64,000 nucleotides of DNA from the IMG/VR virus record IMGVR_UViG_3300034111_001607, positions 880-64,879 of that record. One strand, written 5' to 3'. A program made the position numbers and the translations under genes. The notes under the pieces are model-generated. The model was not told the origin of the DNA. It saw nothing but the letters and a program-made list of their open reading frames with translations, and searched no databases. This stretch comes from a virus (lineage: Duplodnaviria > Caudoviricetes). Shown here piece by piece: positions 39,170 through 48,560 of the stretch (within the stretch, counting starts at the first letter, position 1; each line of letters opens with the position of its first letter).

Positions 39170-39685
39170 CTATATTTCCAATTCAAGCTTAAAATTACTG
39201 TTTGTAAAGTTTATAAAAAGCATTTTCTTGCAAGTAAGGTATCCTGTGGAAATATCTTTAATTTCAAAAGAAAATCTTGAGAAATCTTTTATGTTTTTAT
39301 TTTGTGCAAAATGTTTGCAAATTCCACGCAATGTGTTATGATAAAAACCATAAAATGGACTTCGGAAATTATATTCAATATCCATATCAAATACATTTCC
39401 TAAAAAGTTTATCATTCTATAATGTGCATGTTTTGTATTTAACTTACATTCAACAGAAACCATTTGTGTCAAGTAGTTTGGATGTTCTTTATCCTGCGTT
39501 CCTCCGTCTTTTATTTTTACACTCTTATAAAAATAATGTCCGTGCTTTTCTTTGCGTTCAAAAAACTCTTGTAATGTCATATCTACTTTTATAATTTTTT
39601 CGTGTTCAATTTTTCTCCAGTCAAGTTTATTCATTATTTTTGCAAACTGCTGAAGTTTTTTAATGTCAATATTTTCGCATTTCAT
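39170..39685 (-). CDS. Hypothetical protein
   Basis: 171-aa ORF. Confidence 0.55.
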   Translation of the reverse strand: MKCENIDIKKLQQFAKIMNKLDWRKIEHEKIIKVDMTLQEFFERKEKHGHYFYKSVKIKDGGTQDKEHPNYLTQMVSVECKLNTKHAHYRMINFLGNVFDMDIEYNFRSPFYGFYHNTLRGICKHFAQNKNIKDFSRFSFEIKDISTGYLTCKKMLFINFTNSNFKLELEI

Positions 39686-39700
39686 ATAGTAAGATAAAAA

Positions 39701-40045
39701 TTAATTATTAGAATTAACCCTATAGTTGTAAACTCTTTGTACGCTTCCAAACTCTAAGAAACATATAATTTCATTGTGTTTACAAGCCAGCTTGACAATG
39801 TTTTTTAAATTTATAAAATCACCCTCATTTTTCATATAAGATGAGGGTATAAGCATTGTGCGTGCATTGTAGCTTTTTCCATCAAAAATAACATTACTTG
39901 CCTCTGTTATAAAATAACACTCCATCTTGCGTGCAATATAGTCCACTGTTTTTGTGTAAAACATATCAAAATCTTGCAATAAAAATGTTATCTTAACTGG
40001 TGAGGTTAAAGTTAAGTTAAAAGCTGGTTTTTGAATAATAGACAT
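39701..40045 (-). CDS. Hypothetical protein
   Basis: 114-aa ORF. Confidence 0.5.
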   Translation of the reverse strand: MSIIQKPAFNLTLTSPVKITFLLQDFDMFYTKTVDYIARKMECYFITEASNVIFDGKSYNARTMLIPSSYMKNEGDFINLKNIVKLACKHNEIICFLEFGSVQRVYNYRVNSNN

Positions 40046-40073
40046 AAAAAATATAAAAAATTAACATAAATAC

Positions 40074-40103
40074 AAGGGGCGGTTCACCACTCCGCCCTTT
40101 TTT
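40074..40103. terminator. Hairpin, possibly a bidirectional terminator
   Basis: GGGCGG/CCGCCC stem with T-rich flanks. Confidence 0.55.
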
Positions 40104-40108
40104 AACAA

Positions 40109-40426
40109 TTAAAAAAACTTCATTTCATTGTTAATGATAACAGCAATACACTCTTGATTGTATTTTTCTTTTACTTCTAAAACAAAATCAAAAAATGGAG
40201 TTAAGTTGGTATCAAACTTTGTGTATGAAGTAATTGAAACATTTTGTTCATACATCATTTTGCCACATTCCATAACATAACAACCATCTTGAACGGTGCT
40301 TGAGGTTGCACCGCCAAAAATATTGCCCATTACTGTTAAGCATTCTTGTTTATTTCTTGCTAAAGAAAGCCTTTCGCCGTCTTTTGTTTTTGAGGGAACT
40401 ATTAAAGTAATTTGTAAATTTAACAT
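40109..40426 (-). CDS. Phage protein (DUF3574-like)
   Basis: FGGAT..G.YVM..G...E and YNQECIAV pattern. Confidence 0.5.
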   Translation of the reverse strand: MLNLQITLIVPSKTKDGERLSLARNKQECLTVMGNIFGGATSSTVQDGCYVMECGKMMYEQNVSITSYTKFDTNLTPFFDFVLEVKEKYNQECIAVIINNEMKFF

Positions 40427-40494
40427 AGATTTTTAAAAAAATTAACTTAGATTTTTCAAGTGGTGAACTTGATATATATTTATATACTATGTTT

Positions 40495-41016
40495 TCAAAA
40501 AGTCAAGCAATTTCCTTGTATTTTCTTAATTTTTTCCTGTTCTTTCAGGTCTATTGCAAGATTATATTTTCCCTTAATGTGTAACCATTTTGCAATATAC
40601 TCGCAAATATACTCTTTATGTGGTGGTAGCCATTCCGCAGGGTCTTTGTCGCTTTTTTGTCTGTTTAATGATTTGTTAACCGCAATAAGATTTTCATAAT
40701 CATTTGCAAAGACTTCCCTTTGTTTTGCTGTCCATTTATCCGCTCCGCTTTCCCAAGCCTCGTGAAGTGGTACAATATGGTCAATGTCAAGACTTGAAGG
40801 TTGTGTGTAAAACTGCCCGCCATAATCATCATACCATTTTCCTTGAATAACACGGCAATCTTGAATTTTAACAGGTTTTAAACTGTCTTTTTGTAACACC
40901 TCTTGTCTTGTATTCAAACAGTCTCCGTCATCATCAATCCAGTGTTTGAAAGAACTTCTTGTATAACTTGCAAAAGCTATTTGTGAAAGAAGAAGGGTTA
41001 TGAGGAGGGTTTTCAT
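40495..41016 (-). CDS. Secreted HNH nuclease (DUF1524/GmrSD C-terminal-like)
   Basis: Signal peptide; HWIDDDGDCLNTRQEVL, LDIDHIVPL.EAW.SGA, NLIAV...NRQKSD. Confidence 0.85.
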   Translation of the reverse strand: MKTLLITLLLSQIAFASYTRSSFKHWIDDDGDCLNTRQEVLQKDSLKPVKIQDCRVIQGKWYDDYGGQFYTQPSSLDIDHIVPLHEAWESGADKWTAKQREVFANDYENLIAVNKSLNRQKSDKDPAEWLPPHKEYICEYIAKWLHIKGKYNLAIDLKEQEKIKKIQGNCLTF

Positions 41017-41193
41017 ATTTTTGGTTAAAAATTATTTTTCATATCATTTAATTCATTCCATTTTTTCAAAAACTCTTGCATTGCAATATAAGGATTTTCT
41101 ATTTGAAGTAAATCAAAATATTCGTGTGCGAGTTTGCTTGCTGGTTTTTTTGTGTAATAGTTATCATAAACTGCTAAATTAATTAATTTTTTG

Positions 41194-41799
41194 TTAAATA
41201 GTTGTTTTTCTTATATAGTTTATGTAATTAAGGCAATGTTTTATTGCAGTATCGTATTTATATTCATGAGTATAATCGGTAGGCACTAGTTTTTCATATC
41301 CATAATTTCCCTTACTCCATTCCTCATACTCCATAGCAGGCACAAAAACATAGCCTCCTGCATCAATAACATAAGTACAAAATACCTGATACAATATTTC
41401 TCTTAGTTCATTTATAAATATTTGTTTTGGTGTTTGTAAAATTTTAATGCTATAAATAATAAATTCAGCTTTAATATTATTTTGTGTTGAAAAATTTTGT
41501 ATTATTATTTTTTTACATTTTTCAAAATATTGTATTTCTTTATTCGACCATATAAATACAAATTCATGTACTTTTTCCTGTTCAGGAATTTGACATAAAA
41601 CTTTAACTTCATATTTTGTATAGTATGAAATATTCTGTAATTTTGATTTTATGTTAAATTGAAAACCAAACTCAGTTTTTGATTTTTCTTTTTTCATTGC
41701 ACGATAAAGACCTTTTAACTGCTGTAAGTTAAACTTTCTCAATTCTATTTTTACCAAACCTTCATTGTAAAATAATGGTTCTTTAATTTCAACTTTCAT
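41194..41799 (-). CDS. Hypothetical protein
   Basis: 201-aa ORF. Confidence 0.55.
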   Translation of the reverse strand: MKVEIKEPLFYNEGLVKIELRKFNLQQLKGLYRAMKKEKSKTEFGFQFNIKSKLQNISYYTKYEVKVLCQIPEQEKVHEFVFIWSNKEIQYFEKCKKIIIQNFSTQNNIKAEFIIYSIKILQTPKQIFINELREILYQVFCTYVIDAGGYVFVPAMEYEEWSKGNYGYEKLVPTDYTHEYKYDTAIKHCLNYINYIRKTTI

Positions 41800-41813
41800 A
41801 TAGTTTAAAAAAA

Positions 41814-42659
41814 TTAAATTACTTTTTCTGGGCTTGTTATAATAATGTCTTTTGCACCAATCTTGCTTAATGTTTTTAGAACTTTAAAAAGCTCTTTTTC
41901 ATCACAAAGGGCATGTATTGCAACCATATCATCTTGAACGAGTGGCAAAATTGTCGGCGTGTGGCTTGGTAAATAATGACATATTAACTCAATACTTTTC
42001 TTTTCACAGTTTAACATAACATATTTCTTGTTTTTAGCGTTTTCAGTGGCTTCTATTTTAAACAGAATGTCTTTTATAACATCACTATTTGAACCGATTA
42101 AAACTGCTTGTGAGTGCATTAATGTTTCCCCTTCTACCAGTCCGCTTTTTCTTAGAGTTTCGCCAGTTTCCACTATATCAAAAATAGCATCTGCAATTCC
42201 AAGCTCAATAGCGTGTTCTACTGAGCCAGTTAAATCAATAACATTAAGAAGATAGTCAGGAAAGTTAATATTATTATACAATATATTTTGATAAGAAGTT
42301 GCAACTTTGATGTATTGTAAATCATTGCGTTTTAAGTATGTCTTACCTGCAATAGAAAGTCTACAATGTCCAAAAGGTAGTTTTTGAATTAATGGTATTA
42401 CATCTTTTAATGCCATAGCATAGTAATTAAACGATTCCAGTGTATTTTGTCCACATATACCATTATTTACACCTTTTTCTTCAAGTAGAAGCGGTATATC
42501 TTTTTCACGCATTAAAACTAAATCAAAGTCTCCATTTATACATTGTAATTGAAAACCTGTGTTGTCTTTTTTAAATTCAAAACCTGCTTCGGTAAAACAT
42601 TTTAAAGTATCATTATGTAACCTACCGTTTTTTGGTATTGCTATTTTTATTCTGTTCAT
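41814..42659 (-). CDS. hisG: ATP phosphoribosyltransferase, long form
   Basis: IAIPKNGRL, R.KDIP, LPFGHCRLSIA, VATSY, GSVE...LGIADAIFDIVETGETL, and C-terminal regulatory domain with PTILPL. Confidence 0.95.
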   Translation of the reverse strand: MNRIKIAIPKNGRLHNDTLKCFTEAGFEFKKDNTGFQLQCINGDFDLVLMREKDIPLLLEEKGVNNGICGQNTLESFNYYAMALKDVIPLIQKLPFGHCRLSIAGKTYLKRNDLQYIKVATSYQNILYNNINFPDYLLNVIDLTGSVEHAIELGIADAIFDIVETGETLRKSGLVEGETLMHSQAVLIGSNSDVIKDILFKIEATENAKNKKYVMLNCEKKSIELICHYLPSHTPTILPLVQDDMVAIHALCDEKELFKVLKTLSKIGAKDIIITSPEKVI

Positions 42660-42667
42660 ATATTTTT

Positions 42668-43093
42668 TTAAATTCTTCTATAATTATTATTTATTTTACA
42701 CCATTCAAAAGTATAGTTATAGAATTTTTGTGTATTTAAGATTACCCGTGCTTTTGCAAGCTCAGTTTGCATTTTTTTTGCATCATTTTTATAAAATTCT
42801 TGAATTTCTTTAAATTGTTTAAGTCTTTTTATTTTGAGTATATTTGCAAATATATAAACATTTGGATCATTTTTTTTTATAGTGCTAGATATTACTTTTG
42901 CTGCTTTTTTTTCATTTACAATCCGCAAATATTCTTCTTCAGATATCATTGAAAATTTATAATGTGGACTATCAAAACCATTTAACCCACGACTAACAGT
43001 CGATACAACAACATTCATTTTATTAGCAAGTTTTCCTATACTGTCTGCAACAAAAACTGTATTATGTCCTCGTAAAATTCCTTTGTAAAACAT
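42668..43093 (-). CDS. NUMOD1-like DNA-binding domain protein
   Basis: SIGKLANKMNV..STVSRGLNG. Confidence 0.45.
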   Translation of the reverse strand: MFYKGILRGHNTVFVADSIGKLANKMNVVVSTVSRGLNGFDSPHYKFSMISEEEYLRIVNEKKAAKVISSTIKKNDPNVYIFANILKIKRLKQFKEIQEFYKNDAKKMQTELAKARVILNTQKFYNYTFEWCKINNNYRRI

Positions 43094-43108
43094 ATTATTT
43101 TCTAAAAA

Positions 43109-43723
43109 TTAATCCATTTTTAATGCCATCTCTATTTGATATGGATCGTACCATTGCACTTGATTTTCTTTAAATTTTACCTTTTGTATCTTATCATAAA
43201 AACACCATTTTTTTCCATCACCACGCCAACACACATTTGAAAATAACATTGAATGATTATGGTCTGTGAGATATTTGTGCCATTTTGTAAAATTACCGCC
43301 AAAAGTTGGTATTTTATAAGGCTCGTAAACACAATAAACTAATTTCATTTTATCATATAAATTTTGGTATGTTTCAGCATCATAATATGTTGCTGGCGGA
43401 AACACTTCATACCTACCTGTTTTACAATCAGAATACTCTTCTTGAAAATCTTTAATAAGATTCTTAATTTTTATATTTTCTAAAATATCAACCAAGTCGC
43501 CACTACTTACTTTGATAATTTCTTTTTGGTGTAATGTTTCTGTCTTTTTTCGTGTTCTTTTTAATTCTTTTTCATTATATAACCCAACAACACTTGTATG
43601 ATGAAACATTGCATCATTATCTGCTTCTTTACTTCTCAATTGATATTTTGGATATAATATGTGAATAGTATCTACCGGTTGTTTTTCTCGCTCTAAATAT
43701 AATTCTAATTCTTTTGTAAGCAT
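43109..43723 (-). CDS. Hypothetical protein
   Basis: 204-aa ORF. Confidence 0.6.
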   Translation of the reverse strand: MLTKELELYLEREKQPVDTIHILYPKYQLRSKEADNDAMFHHTSVVGLYNEKELKRTRKKTETLHQKEIIKVSSGDLVDILENIKIKNLIKDFQEEYSDCKTGRYEVFPPATYYDAETYQNLYDKMKLVYCVYEPYKIPTFGGNFTKWHKYLTDHNHSMLFSNVCWRGDGKKWCFYDKIQKVKFKENQVQWYDPYQIEMALKMD

Positions 43724-43737
43724 ATATATTTTTACAA

Positions 43738-44052
43738 TTAATCTTTTTTCAATGCTTCTTTTACATTATTTATTATTGAATGCCTATATTCGGGGTTTTT
43801 CAAAAGATATTTCCAATATACTTCATTGTTATGAAGTTTAAAGACATGTGTTTTTATAAATAATGGAAATTTATCTAATATTTTAAATACAAAATCGTAT
43901 TGTCTTTTCTTTTTCATTTTAAATATAGTTTGTATTTCATACTCTTCGCCATCAAAAGTACCTATATCTTTTATCTTTAATGAACATTTATTGCGTTTGG
44001 GTTCAATATAACGCCAGCAGTCGCCTAATTTTTTTAAAAACTCTTCATTCAT
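43738..44052 (-). CDS. Hypothetical protein
   Basis: 104-aa ORF. Confidence 0.5.
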   Translation of the reverse strand: MNEEFLKKLGDCWRYIEPKRNKCSLKIKDIGTFDGEEYEIQTIFKMKKKRQYDFVFKILDKFPLFIKTHVFKLHNNEVYWKYLLKNPEYRHSIINNVKEALKKD

Positions 44053-44066
44053 ATAATTGTTATTAG

Positions 44067-44351
44067 TTAATCTTTTTGAAGTGCTTCCTCAATTGCTTTT
44101 TGGTTTTCAAGAAAAGCCTCTGCATGCATTGCAATCTGGTCTTGAAAGCTTTGGTTGTCTAAAAGCCAGTCAATAAACTCTTGCATATTTTCATCACATA
44201 CACCACCAACTTTTGCTTGCGATGAAAGGTTTGTAGTTGTTTGATGGCAAAACAGTAGATATCTACCAATAGACATTTCCAGTAATGAAGCTTGTGATTT
44301 TATTTGATTATGTTCGCCTTTTTCAATATCAATTCCAATTCTTTTTTTCAT
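44067..44351 (-). CDS. Ribbon-helix-helix DNA-binding protein
   Basis: KRIGIDI..EHNQIKSQASLLEMSIGRYL. Confidence 0.6.
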   Translation of the reverse strand: MKKRIGIDIEKGEHNQIKSQASLLEMSIGRYLLFCHQTTTNLSSQAKVGGVCDENMQEFIDWLLDNQSFQDQIAMHAEAFLENQKAIEEALQKD

Positions 44352-44524
44352 AAAGCTTTAATAAAATTTTGAGTTTCGTTAAAATTTCCAATAGATAGAA
44401 AATTATTTACACCTTCAAGGGTTATTGTGAAAGTGTTTTCACCATGTTGTTCTATTTCTGCATTTAATCTTTTTTTATTTAGTAATTTTTGTAAAAAATT
44501 TAATTCCCAAGAAATTATTTTCAT
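44348..44524 (-). CDS. Hypothetical protein (likely start ATG 44524)
   Basis: ATG follows the promoter and TAACTAA motif. Confidence 0.45.
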   Translation of the reverse strand: MKIISWELNFLQKLLNKKRLNAEIEQHGENTFTITLEGVNNFLSIGNFNETQNFIKAL

Positions 44525-44673
44525 ATTTTGTATATTAGTTATACACAATATAATATCATTGTTTTTCAAATGTCAAGTGTTTTTTTACATTTTTTACATT
44601 TTTGTATTTTTTTACTTTTTTACTTGACTTTTTGATTTTATACTTTATACATTCATATAACTAATTTATTTTT

Positions 44674-44913
44674 ATGAAAAAACTTTTAAATTATTACTTA
44701 ACAGACAAAGAACTCTTTGCTGTATTTCCTATATTATTTGTAGTAATTTTAATTATATGGTCTGTATTATTTCCAAGGAATGCAAACGCTGGTGATTTTA
44801 ATTGGCATGAAAAAGATTTTGCATTAATTTTAAATGAAGACGGTGAATTACATTGTATTGACAAAGAAAACAATAAAAGAGTGCATTTAAAAAACTGCCC
44901 AGAAATTTTTTAA
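44674..44913 (+). CDS. Small membrane protein
   Basis: One TM segment; follows a promoter. Confidence 0.5.
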   Translation: MKKLLNYYLTDKELFAVFPILFVVILIIWSVLFPRNANAGDFNWHEKDFALILNEDGELHCIDKENNKRVHLKNCPEIF

Positions 44914-44919
44914 ATATAT

Positions 44920-45303
44920 ATGAAAAAAGAAAACTTTATACAAGTATGTTTAAATACCGCAGAAATTCTTGAAAACTTAAAAAATGAATTGCTAAATGTT
45001 GATAATTTTGATTATCAATTGACTAAATTAATTCAGCAAATCAATCAACATAATTATCGGATTGAAATACAAAGTATTGACAATAATGGTATTTGTTTTG
45101 TTGCAAGAAATCAAAATAGGATTAAATATCCAAAAATGATTATTACTTTTTGGGAAAAAGCTATTAAAAAAGATATGCTTATAGTGTATAAAGACAATAC
45201 TATTATGTATAAAAATGAATATTATGATAAAGATTATTCAATTGATGATATTATTGAGGCTGTAGAATTACAGCAAACCAACTGTTATGGAACTACAATT
45301 TAA
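44920..45303 (+). CDS. Hypothetical protein
   Basis: 127-aa ORF. Confidence 0.5.
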   Translation: MKKENFIQVCLNTAEILENLKNELLNVDNFDYQLTKLIQQINQHNYRIEIQSIDNNGICFVARNQNRIKYPKMIITFWEKAIKKDMLIVYKDNTIMYKNEYYDKDYSIDDIIEAVELQQTNCYGTTI

Positions 45304-45404
45304 TTTATAATTTATGAAAAATATACCTTTGTTGACAGCAATCATTGTTGCTTTTTCAATTTTTTTTGGAGCTAAATGGTGTTCAGATAATTTAGATAAA
45401 AATT

Positions 45405-45647
45405 ATGAAAAATATCATATTAGCAACAACAGTAATCAGTAGTCTTTTTTGTTTTTCAGGAAAAAATATTATAAATTATTCCCATAAACACAAAAATGTG
45501 GGTGTAAAAAATTTAAAAGATTATTTCCCAAAAACATTTTCTACACATCAAACACCTAGATTAACACAGCCTAGAGAATTAACAGCAAAAGAACATAAAG
45601 AAGTTTTAGAGTATGTTAATTCTCTTGTTGATGTAATTGAAACTTAA
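45405..45647 (+). CDS. Hypothetical exported protein
   Basis: Signal-like N-terminus. Confidence 0.4.
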   Translation: MKNIILATTVISSLFCFSGKNIINYSHKHKNVGVKNLKDYFPKTFSTHQTPRLTQPRELTAKEHKEVLEYVNSLVDVIET

Positions 45648-45960
45648 GCATTGTTTGTTTATTTATTTCTTCTTGGTCCATTTTTACTTTATCATAATCA
45701 AACCCTTGTAAATATTTTTTTTTAGAAATTTCATAATGCGATTTCCAGTAAATACCCCAAGCACGGCTTGCAAGATCTTTTAACTGCTTTTTTTCAATTT
45801 CAATAGCAAATTTTTCTTGAATTTCAATTGGAAGTTCTGCTAATAATGTTTCTACTATTTCAATATACCCGTCTGGTAAAGTTGAAATAAATTCATTAAT
45901 CAATGATATGATGTTGTCATCTGGAGAAATTAAAGTGTCGCCTCGTTCATTAGTTTGCAT
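45616..45960 (-). CDS. Hypothetical protein
   Basis: ORF downstream of nrdA. Confidence 0.5.
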   Translation of the reverse strand: MQTNERGDTLISPDDNIISLINEFISTLPDGYIEIVETLLAELPIEIQEKFAIEIEKKQLKDLASRAWGIYWKSHYEISKKKYLQGFDYDKVKMDQEEINKQTMLKFQLHQQEN

Positions 45961-45975
45961 AAAGTTATAATAAAA

Positions 45976-47955
45976 TTATTGACAAGCTAAACATTCATCA
46001 TTTGCATTCAAGCCACCAATTCCAACTTCTTTTTGTGTAGAAGGCAACTCTTCCGTTTTTGGTTCATTGGTTTTTTCTGCTCTTTGAATTGATGCAGAAC
46101 GACAGTAGTAAAGGCTTTTTATACCTTTTTTCCAAGCTTGAAAGTGAATTTTGTGAAGCTCCGCTTTGGCAACATTTGACGGAACAAAAATATTTAAAGA
46201 TTGTGCTTGGTCAATAAATGGTTGACGGTCAGCGGCGTGGTCAATTAACCACATTTGATTTAATTCCATTGCAGTTTTGAAAACATCTTTTTCTTCTGGC
46301 GTTAAAAAATCTAAGTGCATAATAGAACCTTCATTCATTGAAATTGAACTCCACACTTCACTTGTATTTTTACCTTTGCTTTCAAGAAGTTTTGCAAGGT
46401 GCTTATTCCTTACAATAAATGTTCCAGAAAGCGTTTTGTGTGTATAGCAGTTTGCAATAAATGGCTCAATACCAGGGCTTGAATTTCCACAAATAATTGA
46501 AATTGAGGCGGTCGGTGCAATTGCAGTGCAATTTGAAAATCTTAAATTAAGTCCCAAATCTTTTGCATCTGGGCAAGCCTCCCTTTGTCTTTCCCAGTCA
46601 TTTGCAAGCTTTTCATTTGCTAAATCGCATTTTTCTTTTATATGTTTAAAAATTATTTTATTCCAAGATTTTGCCGCAACTCCTTCAAACGGTGTATTTT
46701 TGCTTTGAAGGAAAGAGTGAAAACCCATAACGCCCAAGCCAACCGAACGCTCACGCATTGCAGAATATTTTGCTTTTTCCATTGTGTCAGGTGCTCTATT
46801 AATGAAATCCGTCAATACATTATCAAGGAAACGCATAATGTCTTCAATAAAAAGTTCATTGTCTTTCCACTCTTCAAAATATTCAAGGTTTAAACTTGAA
46901 AGGCAACACACGGCGGTTCTTTCTTTTTGTAATTGGTCAAGTCCAGTAAATAGGGTAATTTCCGAACACAAATTTGATGTCTTTGGCTTCATACCGTATT
47001 TTTCTTCCATTGCTTGATAAACGGGGCTTTTATTCTTTTGCATATTACCCTCGTAAAGAATGTATGGCTCGCCCGTCTCAACCCTTGCTGAAAGGATTTT
47101 TATCCACAAATCTCGTGCTGAAACTTCCGCAATAGCCTTATTATCTTTTGGGCTTCTAAACCAATAAGTGCTACCATTTTCTACTGCTTTCATAAAATCA
47201 TCTGTTAAAACAACACCGTGGTGAAGGTTTAAACATCGGCGGTTTGGGTCTCCACCAGTTGGGCGGCGAATATCAATAAATTCTTCAGTTTCAGGGTGTG
47301 AAATAGGAAGGTATGCAGCACTGCTTCCCCTACGAATACCAGACTGTGTGTCTGCTAAAATCATTGAATCTTGAACTTTCATTTGTGGAACAATGCCAAG
47401 GGCGTCTCCTCTCTTACCTATTTTTGAGCCCATTTCACGCACATTCCCCCAGTATGTTCCAATTCCTCCTCCAGATGTTGCCAAATAACCATTTTCCGTG
47501 CGTAATTTTGCAATTTGCTCCGATGAAAGAACTATTTCATCAATATCGTGAAGTAAATTGTTATTTTCTACATTGTTTGAAAATATATTTGTAATGGTTC
47601 CAACTGTTGCCCCCTCTTCCCTTGCATTTATAACATTTACAAGTTTATCAAGAACTTCATTCAAGTAGCAAGAAATAGGCAATGAATGGCTGTCTTTTAA
47701 CCCTCCATTTGCAAGAACTGGTGTTGCAGGCATAAACCAGCATTTTGACATATAATCATAAATGCGTTGACCGTGTGCATCATCGTCTTTGTACGCTTCG
47801 GCAACTCTTTTGAAAAGTTCTTGAAAGGTTTCGTCTTCTTGAATAATATTACCTTCCTCGTCTTTTATTTCTTTTAAAAGGTATCTATCTTCTAATATTG
47901 CCTTACTAAAATCTGTTAAATTGGCGTCTCGACTGTTGTCTATTTGTATTGTCAT
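45976..47955 (-). CDS. nrdA: Ribonucleoside-diphosphate reductase class I alpha subunit
   Basis: PATPVLAN, LPISC, GGGIG, SNLCSEI, AVCCLSS, APTASIS, SLYYCR, C-terminal CLACQ; no ATP cone. Confidence 0.96.
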   Translation of the reverse strand: MTIQIDNSRDANLTDFSKAILEDRYLLKEIKDEEGNIIQEDETFQELFKRVAEAYKDDDAHGQRIYDYMSKCWFMPATPVLANGGLKDSHSLPISCYLNEVLDKLVNVINAREEGATVGTITNIFSNNVENNNLLHDIDEIVLSSEQIAKLRTENGYLATSGGGIGTYWGNVREMGSKIGKRGDALGIVPQMKVQDSMILADTQSGIRRGSSAAYLPISHPETEEFIDIRRPTGGDPNRRCLNLHHGVVLTDDFMKAVENGSTYWFRSPKDNKAIAEVSARDLWIKILSARVETGEPYILYEGNMQKNKSPVYQAMEEKYGMKPKTSNLCSEITLFTGLDQLQKERTAVCCLSSLNLEYFEEWKDNELFIEDIMRFLDNVLTDFINRAPDTMEKAKYSAMRERSVGLGVMGFHSFLQSKNTPFEGVAAKSWNKIIFKHIKEKCDLANEKLANDWERQREACPDAKDLGLNLRFSNCTAIAPTASISIICGNSSPGIEPFIANCYTHKTLSGTFIVRNKHLAKLLESKGKNTSEVWSSISMNEGSIMHLDFLTPEEKDVFKTAMELNQMWLIDHAADRQPFIDQAQSLNIFVPSNVAKAELHKIHFQAWKKGIKSLYYCRSASIQRAEKTNEPKTEELPSTQKEVGIGGLNANDECLACQ

Positions 47956-47970
47956 TTTGTTTTTAAAAAA

Positions 47971-48186
47971 TTAATAAATAATAAATGTATAGCCAGATAA
48001 AGTATATTTTTCAATACCTCTTTTAGTATACTTTAAAACATAATGCACTGCTTCCTCTGTAATATTAGCAACTTCACTTGCTTTGCTAATAGTCGGGAAT
48101 ACACCAATAAATATTTTTTTACTTCCTTCTTTTTTATATACTTTTGTTGGCGTTCCTAAAAGGCGTTTGTCTATTTTTTGTTGCAT
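47971..48186 (-). CDS. NUMOD1-like domain protein
   Basis: FIGVFPTISKASEV...GYTF. Confidence 0.5.
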   Translation of the reverse strand: MQQKIDKRLLGTPTKVYKKEGSKKIFIGVFPTISKASEVANITEEAVHYVLKYTKRGIEKYTLSGYTFIIY

Positions 48187-48193
48187 AAATCAT

Positions 48194-48547
48194 TCAATGA
48201 ATTTTTTTCAATATTTTATTCATTTTATTACTACTATTCGGCATATTGCTTTCTATAATCTTAAGAAATAATCTTAATTTCTTAAAAGCTAATTCGCAAT
48301 GCTTCCACGAAGTGCCATTTGTAGGATTGTAATGTGCAAGAAAAAATGACGCAATTTGATTATAATAATGACTCATATTTCTTGCAATTGGTTCATAGAC
48401 CTCACGACTGTATTGCACTGCAAGTTCTTTATCCTTAAGATTAAGTTTTGTTAATATTTTTGCTGATGCTCTCTCTTTTTCGAGTGCAATAAAATAAAAA
48501 CGCAATGAAAGAAATAATCGTTGTTTTATACTATTTTTGATATACAT
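48194..48547 (-). CDS. Hypothetical protein
   Basis: 117-aa ORF. Confidence 0.5.
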   Translation of the reverse strand: MYIKNSIKQRLFLSLRFYFIALEKERASAKILTKLNLKDKELAVQYSREVYEPIARNMSHYYNQIASFFLAHYNPTNGTSWKHCELAFKKLRLFLKIIESNMPNSSNKMNKILKKIH

Positions 48548-48560
48548 TTTTTTGAATTAC

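Noticed and set aside
47521-47640. Intein or intron in nrdA
   Set aside because: Too short, no C/S...HN intein ends, no group I core, and the frame stays open
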